Positions 59,383-64,000 of a stretch of 64,000 bases of DNA are shown piece by piece. Origin of the DNA: an uncultured delta proteobacterium (GTDB lineage: Bacteria; Myxococcota_A; UBA9160; UBA4427); assembly GCA_963822965.1 (NCBI GenBank), contig CAWGJT010000012.1, forward strand, positions 32,001 through 96,000, read 5' to 3'. The notes below the pieces were generated by a model. The model did no database searches, had not been told where the DNA came from, and saw only the letters and a program-made list of their open reading frames with translations. Position numbers and translations under genes: made by a program. Position 1 is the first letter of the stretch. The number at the start of each line of letters is the position of its first letter.

Positions 59383-60491
59383 GGGGAGAGCTTGTCCGTT
59401 ACCAGCCGGGAGCAGTAGCCCACCAGGGGAATGATTCGACCGTAGTCCATTCTCGTCGGCCCGATCACCCCGAGCATGCCCGCCGATTCGCCGTACGGTG
59501 CGGCGACCAGCGCACAGCCCGACAGGCCGTGGGTCTCGAGCCTCTCGCCGAGGGTGACGGAGACGCCGTCGCCCTCGAGCAGCTCCTCCAACAGATCGAC
59601 CAACCGCTCGCCCTGCTCCAGTGCCGCGAACAGATCGCGGAGCCGCTCGGGGTCGCTGAACTCGGGCTGGTCCAGCAGGGCCAGCCGGGTGGCGATCACG
59701 AGATCGCTCGGCGTGGGCGTCTCGAGCGCCGCTTCGGCCGCCCGCAGGCCGAGCCGGAGCGCGCGCTCCACCAGACGTCCGGCACGATTCCGCAGGGAAC
59801 GGACCTCGCCCCGCAGGCGGTCCCGCACCTCCGGCAGGGTGCAGCCCGCCACCCGCTCGTTCAGCGCCGAGGCCATCCGGTCCAGCTCGGCCTGATCGAT
59901 GCCCCGGTCGGGCTCCGGGGCCTCGACGACGCGCTGGTGGGCGTGACCGCTCACGTCCACCAGCACCGCCAGGACGCGCTCCGCTCCGAGCCGCACGAAG
60001 CTGACGTGCTGGAGCGCCAGCCGCTCCAGGCGCGGCGCCACCACGAAGCCGAGCTGGTGGCTGTGGTCCGACAGGACCTGCGAGGCCAGGCGCACGGCGT
60101 GGTCGGCCTCAACGACCTCGAAGGAGCGGTCGAGCAGGCGGCGCTGGCAATCGTCGAGATCGCCCGGCGCCAGTAGACGGTCGACGAAGAGGCGCATGCC
60201 CTCGTCCGTGGGAACCCGTCCCGACGACGCGTGCGGCTTGCGGATGAGCCCGAGGTCGGAGAGCTCGGCGAGGGTGTTGCGCACGCTGGCGGACGAGAGC
60301 CGGACGCTCAGCAGGTCCGAGATCGTGCCGGAGCCGACGGGTGCCGCGGCGCCCACGTAGGCGGCCACCAGCGCTCGCAGCACGCTCTGCTGGCGCTCGG
60401 AGAGCTGCGGGCCGGGCTCCGGCGCGGCCGGGGCCGCGTCTACCGGCCGGGGCGGCCCCGACGGAGGGATCGACGGAGGAGAGGCGGACAC
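59379..60491 (-). CDS. hrcA: Heat-inducible transcription repressor (start approximate)
   Basis: LSERQQSVL, PVGS, LSSASVRNTLA, PHASSGRVPT, GVIGPTRMDY. Confidence 0.95.
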   Translation of the reverse strand: MSASPPSIPPSGPPRPVDAAPAAPEPGPQLSERQQSVLRALVAAYVGAAAPVGSGTISDLLSVRLSSASVRNTLAELSDLGLIRKPHASSGRVPTDEGMRLFVDRLLAPGDLDDCQRRLLDRSFEVVEADHAVRLASQVLSDHSHQLGFVVAPRLERLALQHVSFVRLGAERVLAVLVDVSGHAHQRVVEAPEPDRGIDQAELDRMASALNERVAGCTLPEVRDRLRGEVRSLRNRAGRLVERALRLGLRAAEAALETPTPSDLVIATRLALLDQPEFSDPERLRDLFAALEQGERLVDLLEELLEGDGVSVTLGERLETHGLSGCALVAAPYGESAGMLGVIGPTRMDYGRIIPLVGYCSRLVTDKLSP

Positions 60492-60544
60492 GAAAACCTC
60501 AATGAATGTCGAGACTTCACGGTTACCATCCGGCCGCGCGGTCG

Positions 60545-61744
60545 TCAACGAAGCGAGCCTTCTTCGGGCTCGGCGACGAAGTGCGAGGCGACCCAGTCCG
60601 CGAGCATACGGCCGCGGGGGGTGAGGCGCAGGTCACCCCTGGCCGACTCGTCGAGCAGCCCGTCCGCGCCGAGGCGCTCGATCTCCGCCCCGAAGAAGTC
60701 CCGGGGTGCGGCGCCGAACCAGCTCCGGAAGCGGGCCGCGTCGAGACCCGTCCGACAGCGGAGGGCCAGGAACATCGCCTCCGCCCGGGCCATGGCGGCG
60801 TCCTGGATCTCGCGCTCCTCGGTGGCCGGCTTCCCGCCCTCCAGGCGCGCCAGGTACGCCCGCAGCTCCCGGGTGTTGTGGCTGCGGCTGCCGTAGGGCG
60901 CCCCCTCGCGGACGGGCTCGGACGACCAGGCCCCCACGCCGAGCCCGAGCACGGGCTCCCGGCTCCAGTAACGCCGGTTGTGCACCGACTCGAAGCCCGG
61001 GCGCGCGAAGTTCGTCAGCTCGTAGGGCTCGATTCCGGCGGCGGAGAGCCCCGCCTCCAAGGCCTCGAGCATGTCCGCCACCGCGTCGGCGTCCGGGCGG
61101 GCCAGCTGACCCCGGCGATCCGCCAGCGCGAAGGGCGTGCCCTCCTCCACCACCAGCTCGTAGGCGGAGACGTGGGTGGGCGCGATCTCCACGGCCTGGC
61201 GGAGATCGGCCTCGAGCTGGGCCAGGCCCTGGCCGGGCGCCCCATAGAGGAGATCGATCGAGACGTTCGTGAACCCCGCGGCACGGGCGGCGTCCAGGGT
61301 GGCCTTCCCCTCCGCGGCCCGGTGGGCCCGACCCAGGCGCCGCAGCACCGCGTCGTCGAAGGACTGGATGCCGACCGAGAGCCGGCTCACCCCCGCCTCG
61401 CGGAAGCCCGGGAGCCGGGTGCGCTCGACGGTGCTCGGGTTGACCTCCAGCGTGACCTCGACGGCCGGGCCGCTGGGTGGAAAGTGGCGCCCCACCGCGG
61501 CGGCGATGCGTGCCACCGAATCCGGCAGCAGCAGCGAAGGGGTGCCGCCGCCCAGGTACAGGCTCGCCAGGCGCCGGCCCCCGTAGTCGGCCGCGCGCAG
61601 GTCGAGCTCGCGCTCGAGAGCCGCCAGGTAGCGCTCCTCCATGCTGGCGGGCAGCCCGCCACCCACCACCGCGAAGTCGCAGTAGGGGCACACCCGTTCG
61701 CAGAACGGGACGTGCACGTAGACGCCGACGGTGGGCTCGCTCAC
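60545..61744 (-). CDS. hemW: Radical SAM heme chaperone (HemN-like)
   Basis: YVHVPFCERVCPYCDF, LGGGTPS, HNRRYW; upstream of hrcA. Confidence 0.92.
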   Translation of the reverse strand: MSEPTVGVYVHVPFCERVCPYCDFAVVGGGLPASMEERYLAALERELDLRAADYGGRRLASLYLGGGTPSLLLPDSVARIAAAVGRHFPPSGPAVEVTLEVNPSTVERTRLPGFREAGVSRLSVGIQSFDDAVLRRLGRAHRAAEGKATLDAARAAGFTNVSIDLLYGAPGQGLAQLEADLRQAVEIAPTHVSAYELVVEEGTPFALADRRGQLARPDADAVADMLEALEAGLSAAGIEPYELTNFARPGFESVHNRRYWSREPVLGLGVGAWSSEPVREGAPYGSRSHNTRELRAYLARLEGGKPATEEREIQDAAMARAEAMFLALRCRTGLDAARFRSWFGAAPRDFFGAEIERLGADGLLDESARGDLRLTPRGRMLADWVASHFVAEPEEGSLR

Positions 61745-61807
61745 GGTCCGAGGATAGGGCGATACCGGCGCCGTCCGCGCCCTGCGGCACCTGCTACTTT
61801 GCCTCGA

Positions 61808-64000
61808 ATGGCCGGAGGCGACGTCCACTACGAGGTGCTTCCCAACGGACTCACCCTGCTGCTCCGGCCCACGCAGCTGGCCCCCGTCGTCAATCTCCAG
61901 ATCTGGGCCCAGGTGGGCAGCGCGGACGAGGGTCCCGGCGAGCAGGGCCTCGCGCACTTCCACGAGCACATGCTCTTCAAGGGCACCGCCAAGCGCGGGG
62001 TCGGCGAGGTGGCCGGCGACGTGGAGGGCGCGGGCGGTCGCATCAACGCCTACACGACCTTCGACACCACCGTCTATTACGCCACCCTGCCCCGGGAGTC
62101 GCTGGCGGTGGGCCTCGAGGTGCTGGTGGACGCCGTGCGCAACTCGCGCTTCGATCCCGAGGAGATCCGGCGCGAGCGCGAGGTCGTCCTCGAGGAGATC
62201 CGCCGCGCAGAGGACTCGCCCGGGCACGTCCTGAGCGACGCGATCTTCCGTACCCTCTACCAGACGCACCCCTACGGTGCGCCCATCCTGGGCCCCCCGG
62301 AGAGCGTGGCCCGCTTCGAGCGCGAGCAGGTGCTCTCGTTCTACCGGCGCTGGTACGCGCCGAACAACCTGGTGGTGGCCGCGGCCGGCGACTTCGACGC
62401 CGGCGCCCTGGCGCGGGGCATCCAGCGCGCGTTCGCCGACGCCGACGCGAGACCGACGAGCGTGCGCCGGACGCGTCCCACCGAGCCGGAGCAGCGCGGC
62501 CTCCGAGCCACCCTCGTGGAGCGACCCTTCGAAGGCGTCCGGGTGGATCTCGCCTGGGCGACGACGCGCTTCGCCGAGCCCGACGCGCCGCTGCTCGACC
62601 TGCTCTCGTTCATCCTGGGCGAGTGCGAGTCCAGCCGGCTGGTCGTCCGCATCAAGGACCGGGAGCAGAGCGTCGACCGCATCGACGCCTCCTCCTACAC
62701 GCCGCTGGACCCGGGTCTCTTCTCCGTGAGCTTCGAGTCGGATGCCGACCGGGCGAAGGGCGCGATCGAGGGCGTGATTCGCGAGGTCGAGCGGCTGCGC
62801 GCCGAGCCCGTCTCGTCGGACGAGCTCGATCGCGCGCGGGCCAACTTCCTGGCCAACGAGCACTTCGAGCGCGAGAGCGTCGCGGGCATGACGAGCCGGC
62901 TGGCCAGCTTCCACGTACTCACCGGCGACTATCGCGGCGACGAGCTCTACCTGGAGCGGATCCGGCGAGCGACCCCGGACGAGCTGCTGGAGCTGGCCCG
63001 CCGCCACCTGGATCCGACGCGGCTCAACGTGGCGGCGGTGCTGCCCGAGTCCGACGCTCCGGCGCTCGACGAGGCGTCCATCCGCGCCGCCGTCGAGCGC
63101 GGCGTGGAGACCACCCGGCGGCGCTTCGCGGCACCGAAGGCGGCCCGGCGGAGCCCCCGGTCGATCGTGCACTCCTACGCGCTCCCCAACGGCGCCGCCG
63201 TTCACGTGGTGCCGCGTCGGGACGTGCCGGTGATGGCGGCGCGCGCCGCCTTTCTCGGCGGGCAGCTGGCCGAGGACGAGGCGAACGCGGGGCTGGGGAG
63301 CTTCCTCAGCTCGATGTGGACCCGCGGCACCCGCTCCCGCTCGGCCGCCGACTTCGCGCGCTCGGTAGAGAACCTGGCGGGCGAGGTCAACGGCTTCTGC
63401 GGCCGCAGCAGCGTCGGCTTCACCCTCGAGGGGACGAGCGACAAGCTCGAGCCCCTGCTCGACCTGTTCGCGGAGGCCCTGCTCGAGCCCGGGTTCGACC
63501 CGGACGAGATCGAGCGCGAGCGACGCGAGACCCTGGCGGCGATCGACCGCCTCGACGACCGCCTGGCCCAGCTCGCCTACCTGCGCTTCGGCGAGACCCT
63601 CTTCCCGACCCATCCCTACCGGCTGTCCATGCTCGGCCGGAAGGAGTCGGTCTCGCGGATCGACGCCGACCTCCTGCAGGCCCACCACCAGCGGCTGATC
63701 CGGCCCGAGAACCTCGTGCTGGCGGTGGCGGGCGACGTGGACCCGGACGCCGTGGCGAAGGCCATCGCGATCCGAACGGGAGACCTGGTTGCCAGCGGCT
63801 TCACGCGCCCCACCCCGCCCGTGGATCCCCCGCCCACCTGCGTGCGGGAGGTCCGGCTGCGCAAGGAGCGGGCCCAGGCCCACCTGGTCCTGGGGTTCTA
63901 CGGACTGACCGTGGACGACCCCGACCGCTACGCGCTCGACGTCGTCTCCCAGGTGCTCGCCGGGCAGGGAGGCCGTCTCTTCCTCGAGCTGCGCGACAAG
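61808..64000 (+). CDS. M16 (pitrilysin) family zinc peptidase, truncated by the window end; absent from the ORF track
   Basis: My translation from ATG 61808: MAGGDVHYEVLPNGLTLLL...GSADE...GLAHFHEHMLFKGT (HxxEH), INAYTTFDTTVYY. Confidence 0.92.
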   Translation, partial: MAGGDVHYEVLPNGLTLLLRPTQLAPVVNLQIWAQVGSADEGPGEQGLAHFHEHMLFKGTAKRGVGEVAGDVEGAGGRINAYTTFDTTVYYATLPRESLAVGLEVLVDAVRNSRFDPEEIRREREVVLEEIRRAEDSPGHVLSDAIFRTLYQTHPYGAPILGPPESVARFEREQVLSFYRRWYAPNNLVVAAAGDFDAGALARGIQRAFADADARPTSVRRTRPTEPEQRGLRATLVERPFEGVRVDLAWATTRFAEPDAPLLDLLSFILGECESSRLVVRIKDREQSVDRIDASSYTPLDPGLFSVSFESDADRAKGAIEGVIREVERLRAEPVSSDELDRARANFLANEHFERESVAGMTSRLASFHVLTGDYRGDELYLERIRRATPDELLELARRHLDPTRLNVAAVLPESDAPALDEASIRAAVERGVETTRRRFAAPKAARRSPRSIVHSYALPNGAAVHVVPRRDVPVMAARAAFLGGQLAEDEANAGLGSFLSSMWTRGTRSRSAADFARSVENLAGEVNGFCGRSSVGFTLEGTSDKLEPLLDLFAEALLEPGFDPDEIERERRETLAAIDRLDDRLAQLAYLRFGETLFPTHPYRLSMLGRKESVSRIDADLLQAHHQRLIRPENLVLAVAGDVDPDAVAKAIAIRTGDLVASGFTRPTPPVDPPPTCVREVRLRKERAQAHLVLGFYGLTVDDPDRYALDVVSQVLAGQGGRLFLELRDK

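Noticed and set aside
60493..60520. Possible CIRCE upstream of hrcA (GAAGTCTC-N10-GAGGTTTTC on the minus strand)
   Set aside because: Wrong spacing and poor match to the consensus and to the groES copy
60545..63883. 1112-aa ORF read as a giant HemW fusion
   Set aside because: Only 60545-61744 is HemW; the upstream part is the antisense of the M16 peptidase

Overview
64 kb of high-GC bacterial chromosome. Gene content (Dif-type chemosensory cluster, PEP-CTERM protein, ccsA-hemA-hemC-cobA/hemD-hemB, hemW-hrcA-grpE-dnaK-dnaJ) points to a Myxococcota/deltaproteobacterial-like organism; this is inference. The window is mostly housekeeping: polA, cysK, truD, rnhB, heme operon, gmhA, trxA, mreBCD-mrdA-rodA, folE, lexA, groESL with CIRCE, larBC, thiL, lon, dnaK operon and an M16 peptidase running off the end. 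Many conserved genes carry single-base indels that look like long-read consensus errors, so any single frameshift needs caution. I recognised no rRNA, tRNA, CRISPR array or mobile element. Best leads: (1) the Dif-like cheA is split between its Hpt and kinase parts at an A9 tract, the longest A/T run I saw, a candidate for programmed slippage or phase variation; (2) a signal-peptide protein with two Hcp-like repeats is coupled to a PEP-CTERM protein with no T6SS genes nearby; (3) a two-gene hypothetical operon with a zincin-like EExxH/ELQAE motif lies between groESL and lexA; (4) an Acidobacteria-like LexA has a GAAA-N7-GAAA box in its own promoter; (5) a pseudo-receiver/PilZ hybrid follows groEL.
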